A DNA stretch of 64,000 bases, from positions 4,840 through 68,839 of the forward strand of contig CAZOER010000002.1 of the NCBI GenBank assembly GCA_964578905.1. The letters are read 5' to 3'. Shown one piece after another: positions 36,903 through 46,400 of the stretch (positions are counted from its first letter, which is position 1; each line of letters starts with the position of its first letter). The translations under genes and the position numbers were made by a program. Source of the DNA: an uncultured Candidatus Peribacteria bacterium. Lineage in GTDB: Bacteria > Patescibacteriota > Gracilibacteria > UBA4473. The notes under the pieces are model-generated. The model searched no databases, was not told the origin of the DNA, and saw only the letters and a program-made list of their open reading frames with translations.

Positions 36903-37841
36903 ATGAAGGCACTCATTCTTGCTGGAGGATTTGCGACACGGCTTTGGCCGTTGACCGAGAAGCGTGCGAAACCGTTACTCCTGCTCAATGGGAAAACAAT
37001 TCTTTCTCATATTCTTGAAAAGATTCCAGAAGAAACCGAAACGTTCCTTCTGACGAACTCTGCTTTTGAGAAGGATTTTGAAAAAGAACTGGCAATGCGA
37101 AAACGAAAAAACGTGCATATTTTTTGTGAAGATGCACATTCTGATGGTGAGAAATTGGGAGCGTTGAGAGCTATCTCTGTTGCGATAAAGGAATGTAAAA
37201 TTAATGAAGGCGTACTTATTTTTGCGGGAGATAATGTTTTGCCAGAGCTCGATATCGTTAATCTTCAGTGTGGGAAAGATGAAGCAAAAATAGCGGTTCG
37301 CCAGGTGGTGGATAAACACGAAGCGAAAAAGTTTGGAGTTATTGAGTTGGCTGGAGAAAAAATAGTTGGATTTGAAGAAAAACCGAGTCGCCCGAAATCG
37401 ACACTTGTTTCAACAGGATTTATGGCCTTTGGAAAAGATGTTTTACCAATACTGCATGACTTTGCACAAAAAGCTCCAGATGCACTCGGAGGAATCTTTC
37501 CAGAACTTCTCGATCAAGGAAAAATAGTGCTCGCGACCGAAGTAGCGGGGGATTGGTTTGATGTTGGAAGCTTTGAAACCTATCTTGCGGCCCATAAGAC
37601 ATTGCAAAAAGAAGCCCTTCGGACGGGGAAAAATGTAGAAAACTGGAATAATAAGTGCTCAGGGAAAGTGTATCTTGGAGACAATACCGTCGTGAAAAAT
37701 TGCCGATTATCAGATGTAATTGTGTACCCAGGGACTCATTTGGAAAATTGTCATATCTCGCAGTGTGTAATCGATGAAAATTGTGATTTACAGAGCTTAG
37801 ATTTGAACCAAAAATTAGTAAGAAGAAAAACAAAGGTCTAG
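36903..37841 (+). CDS. Sugar-phosphate nucleotidyltransferase (NTP_transferase fold with C-terminal beta-helix-like part)
   Basis: MKALILAGGFATRLWPLTEKRAKPLLLLNGKTIL is the G-x-G-T-R-L signature. Substrate not determinable. Confidence 0.8.
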   Translation: MKALILAGGFATRLWPLTEKRAKPLLLLNGKTILSHILEKIPEETETFLLTNSAFEKDFEKELAMRKRKNVHIFCEDAHSDGEKLGALRAISVAIKECKINEGVLIFAGDNVLPELDIVNLQCGKDEAKIAVRQVVDKHEAKKFGVIELAGEKIVGFEEKPSRPKSTLVSTGFMAFGKDVLPILHDFAQKAPDALGGIFPELLDQGKIVLATEVAGDWFDVGSFETYLAAHKTLQKEALRTGKNVENWNNKCSGKVYLGDNTVVKNCRLSDVIVYPGTHLENCHISQCVIDENCDLQSLDLNQKLVRRKTKV

Positions 37842-37864
37842 GTGTAAAAATGCGCCTTAAACCC

Positions 37865-37893
37865 TTGAATTTTCCTTTTATCTATGGTATAAT
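37865..37893 (+). promoter_or_regulatory. Promoter of the first gene of the giant locus: TTGAAT-17-TATAAT with extended -10 TG
   Basis: AAACCCTTGAATTTTCCTTTTATCTATGGTATAATTA is 33/37 identical to the module at 41089-41125. Confidence 0.65.
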
Positions 37894-37917
37894 TACCTGA
37901 TTTTGAATTCAAATTTC

Positions 37918-38421
37918 ATGACCAATACACCACAACGATCGTTAGAAATAGATCCAGGAGAGCAAATCTTTTCTTGGATAGCTTTTAATTATCATCCTCA
38001 TAAACGAGGATGGATTTGGTATGCAGTCTTCTGCACGCTCTTCTTTGGAAGTGCTCTTTGGGCACTTGTGAAAGGGGATTGGGTGATGGCCTTCACGCTC
38101 TTCGTTGCGGTTGGTGTGTACTTTTTTATTCACCGAAAAGGAGATGAAGAGCACGAAGTGCAAGTCTTTAAAAATGGTATTCGCATTGATCAGCGATTTA
38201 TTCAAAAAGAAAAAATAGAAGGATATTGGACGGTCTATGATCAGACAGTGAGTGTTCTCAATCTGCAATTAGCAGGAAAAGGAGATCGAAAAATCTCATT
38301 GCAAATGGGGGAACATAATCCCGATTTTTTTCGATCGGAATTTAAATCAATGGAACTGGAAGAGCTTTTGGATAAAAAAGAAAGCTTGATGGATCTTTGG
38401 ATTCGAGCACTAAAACTCTAA
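37918..38421 (+). CDS. Small two-TM membrane protein with a PH-like soluble domain (locus gene A)
   Basis: The ORF is open from TTG 37903; the first ATG is at 37918. Two TM helices (WIWYAVFCTLFFGSALWALV; VMAFTLFVAVGVYFFI). The start codon is uncertain. Confidence 0.65.
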   Translation: MTNTPQRSLEIDPGEQIFSWIAFNYHPHKRGWIWYAVFCTLFFGSALWALVKGDWVMAFTLFVAVGVYFFIHRKGDEEHEVQVFKNGIRIDQRFIQKEKIEGYWTVYDQTVSVLNLQLAGKGDRKISLQMGEHNPDFFRSEFKSMELEELLDKKESLMDLWIRALKL

Positions 38422-38428
38422 GTACTTC

Positions 38429-40765
38429 ATGAAACAAAATACTTCTTTCTCGTCATTGCCCACAGGTGCACACTTGCATTTTGCGGAAGCTGGTGAAGTG
38501 AAGTTTGTTTTTGTGAATTTGGATAAGAACGAAACAATGGAACGGGCGGAAGTTGGATTTCAAGATGTTCAAAAAGAATTTACACTCCAACGAACAAAAC
38601 TAGAACAACAGAATCTAAGTGAAGGAATTGTTTCTCGTCGAGTGTTGGAACTTTCTGATGAAATGAGAGCAAAGGCAACAGAAATTGCTGAGCAAAAAGT
38701 AGAAATGGAATTTCGAAGACTTGATAAGTTGTATGAACAAAAACTCGTGGAAGTCTATGGATCAAGAGCGAAATCAACGGATGCCAATGCTATCAAGACA
38801 TGGCTTCAGCAACAAGTGATAGGTATAAACTCGGATGTAAATATACGTCCTCCAGAAAAAATAAAAAAAATAGAAGCGTTGATGGAACCTTTTATTCGGG
38901 AAGCTGAAAAAATTGAAAATAATGACAATTGGATTCAAAAGGGATGGAAAGCCTTAGGAAAAGGATTAGGGGCAGCAAAAGATGCTACGATTGGAAGTGA
39001 TATTGATTGGAAAACTCGAGGAAATAACGCTCTGGGACTTGGAATTACGTCAATGTATGTCGTCGGAATTTTTGCAGGAGCAAAAAGAGGTGCCATGTGG
39101 TGGACTGGAGGTATTGCAGCAGCGTCAGCATCACTTCTTCCCGAGGGAACACGATGGACGTTATTTGCAGCAGATAAAGCACTTGAAGGTGTCGGAACGG
39201 GAGTGAATTGGACATTTACCCATATTAAAAATGGACTTGTCGGACTGGCGCGTACGGATGTGCATCAAATGTGGAGCGGTCAAACAGAAATAAATGAAAA
39301 AAGAACAGAAGTAATGGAGGGGATGTATGGAAAAAATATAATGAAACCGCAACTTCGACGAACATTAGAAAATGGAGAGAAAGGAGAATTTCTTGTGACG
39401 GATAGTTTACATGCCAAAATTCAGAATCCTGCAAAGGTTGAAACATTGACGGATGATGAATACAAGGAACGAAGTGAAGGAGCAGCGCAATTTTGTGTAG
39501 AAATGATGGATCCATCACTTCTTTTGACACAGGAAGATGTTACGCCTGCACAAATGGAGAAGTTGAAAAATCTGGATCGTTACTCTGAATGGGATTCTGA
39601 AACACGAGAACTTATTAAACGAACGTTTGCGACAAAAGAAGCGGTTATAATGTGGAATTATTTCATGTTGTCAGCGGACAAAGAAAAAGAACTGGTCCCT
39701 TTTGCAAACGCATTTGGAAAAGGATTAGAAAGAAAACAGATCATTGAATATGGAATGACTGAAAAACAGATAAAGGCGGAATTGCAGAGAAAATTAAATG
39801 AAATGTATCCTAATATTACGATTGATCTTATGGAGAAAACTCCAGAAGGAATTGCTTCTTTTATGAAGGAAGGGGGAATTGAAGATTTGTTAATAGCGGT
39901 AAGTATATTTATGGCAGGGGTGTATGGAGTTGTTGCAATTGGGGCTGGAGCCAAGGCGATTCGAGAAAAATGGAATGATAGAAACAACGAAACAAAAGAA
40001 TCAAGGTACTTGAACAAAAGAACGAAAGCGAAAAAGAATCTTCAGAATATTCTTAATAGACCGAATGTTGGAAAAAAAGAATGGAAAGATGCTTTGAAGT
40101 ATCTATTTCGAATGGGAGTGATTCATGAAGGGGAGCAAAAAGAATTGGGTAAACTCAAAAAAACAGGGACAATTTCTGAACCTGGATGGACAGGGATTAT
40201 TGCTAAGATGAAAGCAAATCAATTTGGAACGGAAGCAAATGTTGGAAGTAATGAAATCAGTGTTACCAAGCAATTGCAGGAAAAATTTTGGGCATGTGTT
40301 GGAAATAACAATCTTACAAAAAAGAAGCGAGCTGAAATTGGAGAGATTAATGCAGAAAATAAAATAGAAAGACAAAAAGCAGTAGGAAGGCTTAAAGAAT
40401 TTAAAAAAGTACGTGAGGAGTATCAAGCCTTCTTAAAAGAGAATCAAGCGTATAGTCGAGAGCATTCATTATGGCAAATCCATATCGGTATTGCGAATAA
40501 GGGACGAAAAACAAAAGAAGTTTGGAAGCGGTTTAATGAATGGAGAAAAGTAAAAGGAAAACAATCAAAACAAATTGATTCTTCTATTTTCAAAAAATAC
40601 GCTGAAAATAGAACTATTTATGCTGATTTGAAAATATTAGGAATCCATCAAAATCAAGTTGATTTACTAAAATCTATTTCCAAGAAAAAAGGAGCTCGAA
40701 AAATAGCGATTTATACAAAAGTAGATGAAATGTTGGGGATTCCTTTAAAAGGAACTTCGAGTTAA
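38429..40765 (+). CDS. 778-aa coiled-coil protein with two Gly/Ala-rich hydrophobic segments (locus gene B)
   Basis: No signal peptide. Hydrophobic blocks ALGLGITSMYVVGIFAGAKRGAMWWTGGIAAASASLL and LLIAVSIFMAGVYGVVAIGAGA. Lys-rich C-terminal third. No family recognised. Confidence 0.75.
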   Translation: MKQNTSFSSLPTGAHLHFAEAGEVKFVFVNLDKNETMERAEVGFQDVQKEFTLQRTKLEQQNLSEGIVSRRVLELSDEMRAKATEIAEQKVEMEFRRLDKLYEQKLVEVYGSRAKSTDANAIKTWLQQQVIGINSDVNIRPPEKIKKIEALMEPFIREAEKIENNDNWIQKGWKALGKGLGAAKDATIGSDIDWKTRGNNALGLGITSMYVVGIFAGAKRGAMWWTGGIAAASASLLPEGTRWTLFAADKALEGVGTGVNWTFTHIKNGLVGLARTDVHQMWSGQTEINEKRTEVMEGMYGKNIMKPQLRRTLENGEKGEFLVTDSLHAKIQNPAKVETLTDDEYKERSEGAAQFCVEMMDPSLLLTQEDVTPAQMEKLKNLDRYSEWDSETRELIKRTFATKEAVIMWNYFMLSADKEKELVPFANAFGKGLERKQIIEYGMTEKQIKAELQRKLNEMYPNITIDLMEKTPEGIASFMKEGGIEDLLIAVSIFMAGVYGVVAIGAGAKAIREKWNDRNNETKESRYLNKRTKAKKNLQNILNRPNVGKKEWKDALKYLFRMGVIHEGEQKELGKLKKTGTISEPGWTGIIAKMKANQFGTEANVGSNEISVTKQLQEKFWACVGNNNLTKKKRAEIGEINAENKIERQKAVGRLKEFKKVREEYQAFLKENQAYSREHSLWQIHIGIANKGRKTKEVWKRFNEWRKVKGKQSKQIDSSIFKKYAENRTIYADLKILGIHQNQVDLLKSISKKKGARKIAIYTKVDEMLGIPLKGTSS

Positions 40766-40787
40766 GTATTAAATAAGAAGAATTAAT

Positions 40788-41060
40788 CTTAAAAAAATAT
40801 AAATTTCCCGGTTGGTTTTTTGTCACCCCGAATTTATTTCGGGGTCAACCCATGAAAATATATCAATATAGAAGAAAAACACGAAATAAGGATGTATGAG
40901 TCAAAGTTTGTTCGATAATTATTCGTTTGATCCTGAAACAAGTTCAGGATGACAAAGTAGGAATGGAATTATTAAATTCTGAAGCAAGTTGCTTCGTGAT
41001 CTGTAATATCAGCATGACAAAATTAGAGTAATTCGAAGATCCCTGAATGAATCAGGGAAT
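40788..41060. repeat. Long copy of the bounded intergenic multi-hairpin cassette, inside the giant locus
   Basis: Left end CTTAAAAAAATATAAATTTCCC. Hairpins ACCCCGAA-TTTAT-TTCGGGGT (40825-40845), ATCCTGAA-ACAAG-TTCAGGAT (40930-40950) and TCCCTGA-ATGAA-TCAGGGA (40040 is not used; 41040-41058). The right-end 32 nt is identical to 32586-32617. Confidence 0.7.
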
Positions 41061-41094
41061 CGTCTATTTTATATGCTTTAAGCCTTTTAAACCC

Positions 41095-41123
41095 TTGATT
41101 TTTCCTTTTATTCATGGTACAAT
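41095..41123 (+). promoter_or_regulatory. Promoter of locus gene C: TTGATT-17-TACAAT with extended -10 TG
   Basis: AAACCCTTGATTTTTCCTTTTATTCATGGTACAATTA is a near-duplicate of the 37859-37895 module. Confidence 0.65.
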
Positions 41124-41143
41124 TAGGAGATTGATAAACATTT

Positions 41144-43333
41144 ATGAAATTTTTACGAAAACTCATTTCACCAAAAGTATGTATTGCACTGGCTATCGCG
41201 CTTGTGATAGGGCAGTTTATCAGTCCGGAAGTTGCTATGGCGGTGACAGAAAGTAATGAGAATGAAACACTAAAGGCCTTTGCCCAGTTGTTTTCAGTTT
41301 TTGTGAATATCTTTACGTTCATTTCCCTTGTCTTTCTCAATTATGGAGGAGATTTAGTTGGAACAGAGTTTTTGACAGGTCCAGATCCAATGGGAGCAAT
41401 CCGTCCAATGTGGGTGATTATACGAAATATAACGAATGTACTCTTTGTATTAATTTTGCTCTTTTTAGCCTTTTCAAATCTATTCTCTTCTCTTGGAGGA
41501 GAGGGAGGAAATTGGACCATTAAAGAGAAACTTCCAAAGGTTATTTTGGCACTGATTGCGATTAACTTTTCATTGCTCGGATTTCGAGTGGTTATTGATG
41601 CGGTTCATGTAGGAACGATTACGATCTTTTCGATTCCCGATAGCACACTTCAAGCAAAAGGGAGCGACAACCTTCAGGATATGCTCATTCAAAGAGTTGA
41701 AGTAGATGTAGATAAAGATGTAGTAAAATATGTGCCTTTTTATGAGGTTATGAATGATCTCATGTGTGGTACTGACAAAGGAAATGAGTGGCACAGTGAA
41801 GGAAGAAAATTCAAAATAAATGAAGAAGGGCTTCCAGAAATAGATGCATCTGGGGAATATAAGGCATTAAATGAAAGTTTGTCAGATGACTGTTTCTTTG
41901 GAATAGATCCAACAGATATGAGAGTCGGAAGCCCAAAGAGTAGATCAGCACATAACTTATTTTTGGCTTTTGGGATTCAATTTCAAAAATTACAAAATCT
42001 ACCATCATTGGCAGCACGTCTTAACGATTGGTCAGATGTATTTACGAGTGTGCTCTTCGTGAGCATCTTATCGTTAGCACAGGTTGTAGCATTAGCAGCG
42101 GTGTTTATTGCTTTGCTTTTGCGAATTGTTGTGTTGTGGGTAGCCATGGTGTTCTCACCAGCATTAATCGCAGCTGCGATTATGGGATTTGGTGGTGGAA
42201 AAGAAGGAACTATTGGAACACAAGTAATTACGAATCTTATTATGCCACTCAAGATTGCAGCGGCATTCTCAGTGTGTTTCTTGATGATGGATACAATGAT
42301 GAATGTAGGCGAATCGGGAGTGGGAAACCTTATTAGAACAGGAGCCTCAATTTCAACGTTTGGAGCAACAGGATATGGACTATTATGGTCTATTGCGACT
42401 ATTGTTGTATTCTGGAAGGCAGCCTTCTGGGCCCTTGAGGGATCAGCAGGAGAAGATATTGCCAATACTATTAAAGGAGGTGCAGAAACGACAGGGAAGT
42501 TCCTTGCAAAAGCAGGAACAGTGGATCGAGAATTCTTCCCAATGCCAGGTATGGATGGAGAAAACAAAGTGGCACTTTCTACGCTCTACAAAGCCGGTAC
42601 AAGTGGTGTGGTAACTGCGCACAATAAAGCCATGGAAAAAGATTCACGAAGTTTTACAGATCATGTAGGGCTTACTGATCCGGCAAAAACAGGCAATGTA
42701 GAAAAAATAAGAGATGCTATAGGAAACATGGGAACAGCAGGACAAGTAATGGCATCAGAATTCGTAGATTTCATTAAAGAGCATCCTATCGAGGGACTTG
42801 ATAAGAAGAATGCAACAGATACGTATGGAAGGTTTGGTAATGCTTTAAAAACACAGATTGAGAACCATGGAGGAGGAGAAGCTGGATTTATTGCTGGAAT
42901 GACAAAGGATATACAGGGACAAAAAGAATACTTAGAAACACTTAGATCAAAAGGAGTATTGAGTACTATTACAAAAGAAGAGATTGAGGATTTGGATGGT
43001 AAAGGATCAGGGAAATCTTCTACAACAGCAGCTGTTGCAGATCAAAATAAACCATTTGTGACGACAACGATAGTCAATGGTGTAAAAGAGTCAAAAGTTG
43101 TGTACTACAATGTTGATAGGTTGAAAGGGAATGGAGACGATGTTAAGGGTGATGTGGAAGCCATAAAAGCACTTCTCTCAGGAGCTGGTATTACAACAGA
43201 TGAATTGAAAGATATTGAGGGTGCAGAATTGGTGAAATTCTCAAGTAAAATAGAAAACATTGATGGATGGGGAAGTGTTGATAAAGCTGATATTGAAAAG
43301 GCTTTGAAAGAAATTCAAACACCGCCTCAATAA
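41144..43333 (+). CDS. 729-aa polytopic membrane protein with signal peptide and about 300-aa soluble C-terminal domain (locus gene C)
   Basis: Signal-like MKFLRKLISPKVCIALAIALVIGQFISPEVAMA, then about 7 hydrophobic helices in two clusters (nt about 41260-41640 and 42030-42440). No family recognised. Confidence 0.8.
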   Translation: MKFLRKLISPKVCIALAIALVIGQFISPEVAMAVTESNENETLKAFAQLFSVFVNIFTFISLVFLNYGGDLVGTEFLTGPDPMGAIRPMWVIIRNITNVLFVLILLFLAFSNLFSSLGGEGGNWTIKEKLPKVILALIAINFSLLGFRVVIDAVHVGTITIFSIPDSTLQAKGSDNLQDMLIQRVEVDVDKDVVKYVPFYEVMNDLMCGTDKGNEWHSEGRKFKINEEGLPEIDASGEYKALNESLSDDCFFGIDPTDMRVGSPKSRSAHNLFLAFGIQFQKLQNLPSLAARLNDWSDVFTSVLFVSILSLAQVVALAAVFIALLLRIVVLWVAMVFSPALIAAAIMGFGGGKEGTIGTQVITNLIMPLKIAAAFSVCFLMMDTMMNVGESGVGNLIRTGASISTFGATGYGLLWSIATIVVFWKAAFWALEGSAGEDIANTIKGGAETTGKFLAKAGTVDREFFPMPGMDGENKVALSTLYKAGTSGVVTAHNKAMEKDSRSFTDHVGLTDPAKTGNVEKIRDAIGNMGTAGQVMASEFVDFIKEHPIEGLDKKNATDTYGRFGNALKTQIENHGGGEAGFIAGMTKDIQGQKEYLETLRSKGVLSTITKEEIEDLDGKGSGKSSTTAAVADQNKPFVTTTIVNGVKESKVVYYNVDRLKGNGDDVKGDVEAIKALLSGAGITTDELKDIEGAELVKFSSKIENIDGWGSVDKADIEKALKEIQTPPQ

Positions 43334-43414
43334 GCCTTAAGAGAAGAGAAAAAACAGAAAGGTTGTAATAAAACAATTTGACATTTTAGGCTAGGAAAAC
43401 TATGATGCTCAGAC

Positions 43415-43443
43415 TAGCTTTAGTGCCTTATTTATGGTATAAT
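43415..43443 (+). promoter_or_regulatory. Promoter of locus gene D: weak -35 TAGCTT, extended -10 TGGTATAAT, 11 nt from the ATG
   Basis: TTTATGGTATAATT at 43431-43444; ATG at 43455. Confidence 0.55.
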
Positions 43444-43454
43444 TCTCTGATTAA

Positions 43455-46400
43455 ATGAAGTTTTTACATAACCAATTGCGAGACTTTGAAAACCGTTGGG
43501 AAAACGGACTCGTTTTTGTGGAAGGTGATGATGTAGAAGGAGCTCCCAATGCAGAAGATACGGAGGAAGAAGAAAAGAAAACAAAACTGGAGGAGTCTCG
43601 TCTTCAACGAGTCTTGAAAGGAAGATTTTTGCACCTATCAGTAAATGATCTGGATAAGGTTGCAAAGGATGTTGAGAAATTAGATGACAACAGTAAAAGT
43701 AAAAAAATATTTGAAAAGAAATTTAGAGAGCTAACAGAATATTACATAACGCTTGTAACAACAGATCCAGACAAACTCCCACCGCGGATTTTGTCACGTA
43801 TTTATCAAACTCCAAAATTGAGATCGTTCCTTACTGCAAAAATGAAAGAAACGTTGCAGAAACTTGCGGGGAGCCATCTTCGTACACTTGAAGAAATTGT
43901 ATCAAGAAAAACGTCAACGTGGACCGGAGAAGAAGGCGTTCGTGTTTGTACTTTGTATCAATCTCTTAAGAAAGAAAAAAGTAAAAGTACAGTTCAAGCA
44001 AAGCTTTTTGAAGAGACGAAAGAAAAACTGAAGCAAAAAAGAAAACAGGTTCTTGATAAATTCAAAGTAGAGACTGTTGAGGGAAAGGTGAAGAGTGTTG
44101 TCGAGAAGGGGACGTCAGGACATCCACCAACAAAAGAAGAAAAACTGTTTTTATTGGAAACGGCAAAATTGTTTCCTGATAAAAATGAGTGGCCAGCAGA
44201 TGAAAAAGAATGGAATCACTGGACTGAGATAAAAGATACAACGCTTAAAAATCTCCTTGAAGACATTATCCTTGCTGATAAATCACAAGAGAAGGTAACA
44301 CCAGGGAACTATCTTTTGTGGGAAGTGCTTCAGGAAGTTGATTTTTCAACAACAGAAAATAAAAAGATTCTCAGAAGTTTAAAACTCAAACAATCGGATG
44401 TTAAAAAAGCGATTGGGAGACTCTCTACTCGATGGAATGCGGTTCAGTTTATTGCATTTATAAAAGCACAAAATGTACTGACCCCAGAACATTTGAAAGT
44501 CTTACAAGAAATCTTGGATGATGCTGATGGCTTCTTTGAAACAGGAGGAGTTCGTGCTTACCCTGCAATGTCTCTCAAGGATCACGAGAAACTAGTAGCC
44601 GCTATAAAAGAACGAGTGAGTCTTGAAGAAAAGAGAAAACGGATCGAAGAACAAAGTTGTGAGGATGTGCGAGAGAAAGAAAGCGCAGATCCATCACTGA
44701 CGAAGAAACAAAAAACGTACAAAGAGAATGATGAAAAAGAAAAAGAAACAAAGACGGGTGTTCAAGCACTCTTAACAGAAGATCGTTTAACGGAATTACT
44801 TTCACAAATAGAAACAAAGGCCGCAGCAATTCAGACGAAGCTTGATGAAGCACAAACAGAACTTGCAGAAGATAATCTAAAGAAAGAGCGAAAGGAAAAG
44901 CTTGAAAATAACATTCAGCAATTCGAAGCAGAACTCTTTGTATTAAAGGGGGAAGGAGAAAAAAAAGGAATAGATAGCGAAATTACAGAGTTTATTGAGT
45001 ATATAAAACGAGAGGATAAAGAAGAGAAATACGTAGAAGTCTCTGCAGAAAAATTAAAATGGATATTCAGAAAATTTGATAGAGTTGGAAGAAGTGTTAC
45101 TCAAAAAATTTCTTTTATTGATGAGTGGCAAAAAGCCTATGAAGGATTTGAAATAGCGAAAAAAGATCTTGAAGGAAGTCGAAAGGCTTTGCTTGATGAA
45201 ACGAAAATAACAGAAAGTACGAATAGTGAGATTGAAGCACTTGAGAAAAAAGAAGAACAACTCCGACAAAAACAGGCTGAACTAATGAAAGAAACATCAG
45301 TTGAGGAGAGTTTAAATAACATCTACCGAGATCCAATTGGAGAAGGAAAAGAAATTCAAGAGGAATATTATAAGAAACTAGAGAAGAGAGTGAAGGATCA
45401 CACGCTTACAGCGGCAGATTTAGATGTAATGTGGTCAGAAAGTGGAAAATACAAAACAGGGAAATTTAAGAAATACGAAGAATTTAGAAAAACATTTAGT
45501 GACAAAATAAAAACTTATCTCGGTGATCCGCTAACACTGGAAGGGGATAATGTGGAATCATGGATAGCGAATTTAAATGAGAAATTATCCGATGTAGAAT
45601 TGTTGAAATACTTCAAGGAGGATCTTGATGTTTTTAAATCAGCAGATTCTTTTGGAGAAGGACTTCTTGATACGTCAGTTCTTCTACAAGGTGCAAAAAT
45701 GCACTTTAGAAAAAAGATTAGAAAACATATTGAAGATGCGATTGAGAATCTTCGAGGAGAAGCGGCTCGAGAAGAATTTTCAAAATATTGGGATGGAATA
45801 GCAAAAAAAGCTGAAAGCAATAAAGACATGGTTGAACGTTCTGCTCAACAGCAAGCTCACATTAATAGACAGAAAGAAATTAGTCGAAACGCTGAAACAG
45901 AAAAAGGGAAAATTGACGATACTCTGAGCGATGAAGACGTCAAAAGACTTAATACAGCTGCTGGAGAAAGAGAAAGAAAAGCTATTGAAAAAGCTCATGA
46001 AGTCGAAGTAGAAAGATATCGAAGAGGGGAACTTGTTGATTATCCAACAGGAAGAAAAGTTATTGATGCAAATGGGGATGAAGTTGATGAAGTGGAAAAA
46101 ATCTACATTCCTGGACAAGATGACCTCAATCAACTGGCTGCGAAAACACAGGAAAGTACCAAGGAAATCGAAAAGACTTCAATTGGTATAGCTCGAGAAC
46201 TCGAAGCACTTGGAGAGGGTTTTAGTAAATGGGATGCGAGTACGGAAGAAGAACGAGAACATCTGCATTTTTCAGAAGAAGGACTTCAGGAAAAACTAAA
46301 AGGACTCTTGGGTCAGTGGAAAGGATCAAGAAAGCAATTACGAGAGGGTATTGATACTCAAAAGGAAACCTGTTTACAACACGGTGAACTTCCTCCTCAA

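Noticed and set aside
23488-41060. Whether the recurring hairpin repeats could be a CRISPR array.
   Set aside because: The units are inverted-repeat hairpins of variable sequence scattered across different intergenic regions. They are not regularly spaced identical direct repeats with unique spacers, and no cas genes are present.
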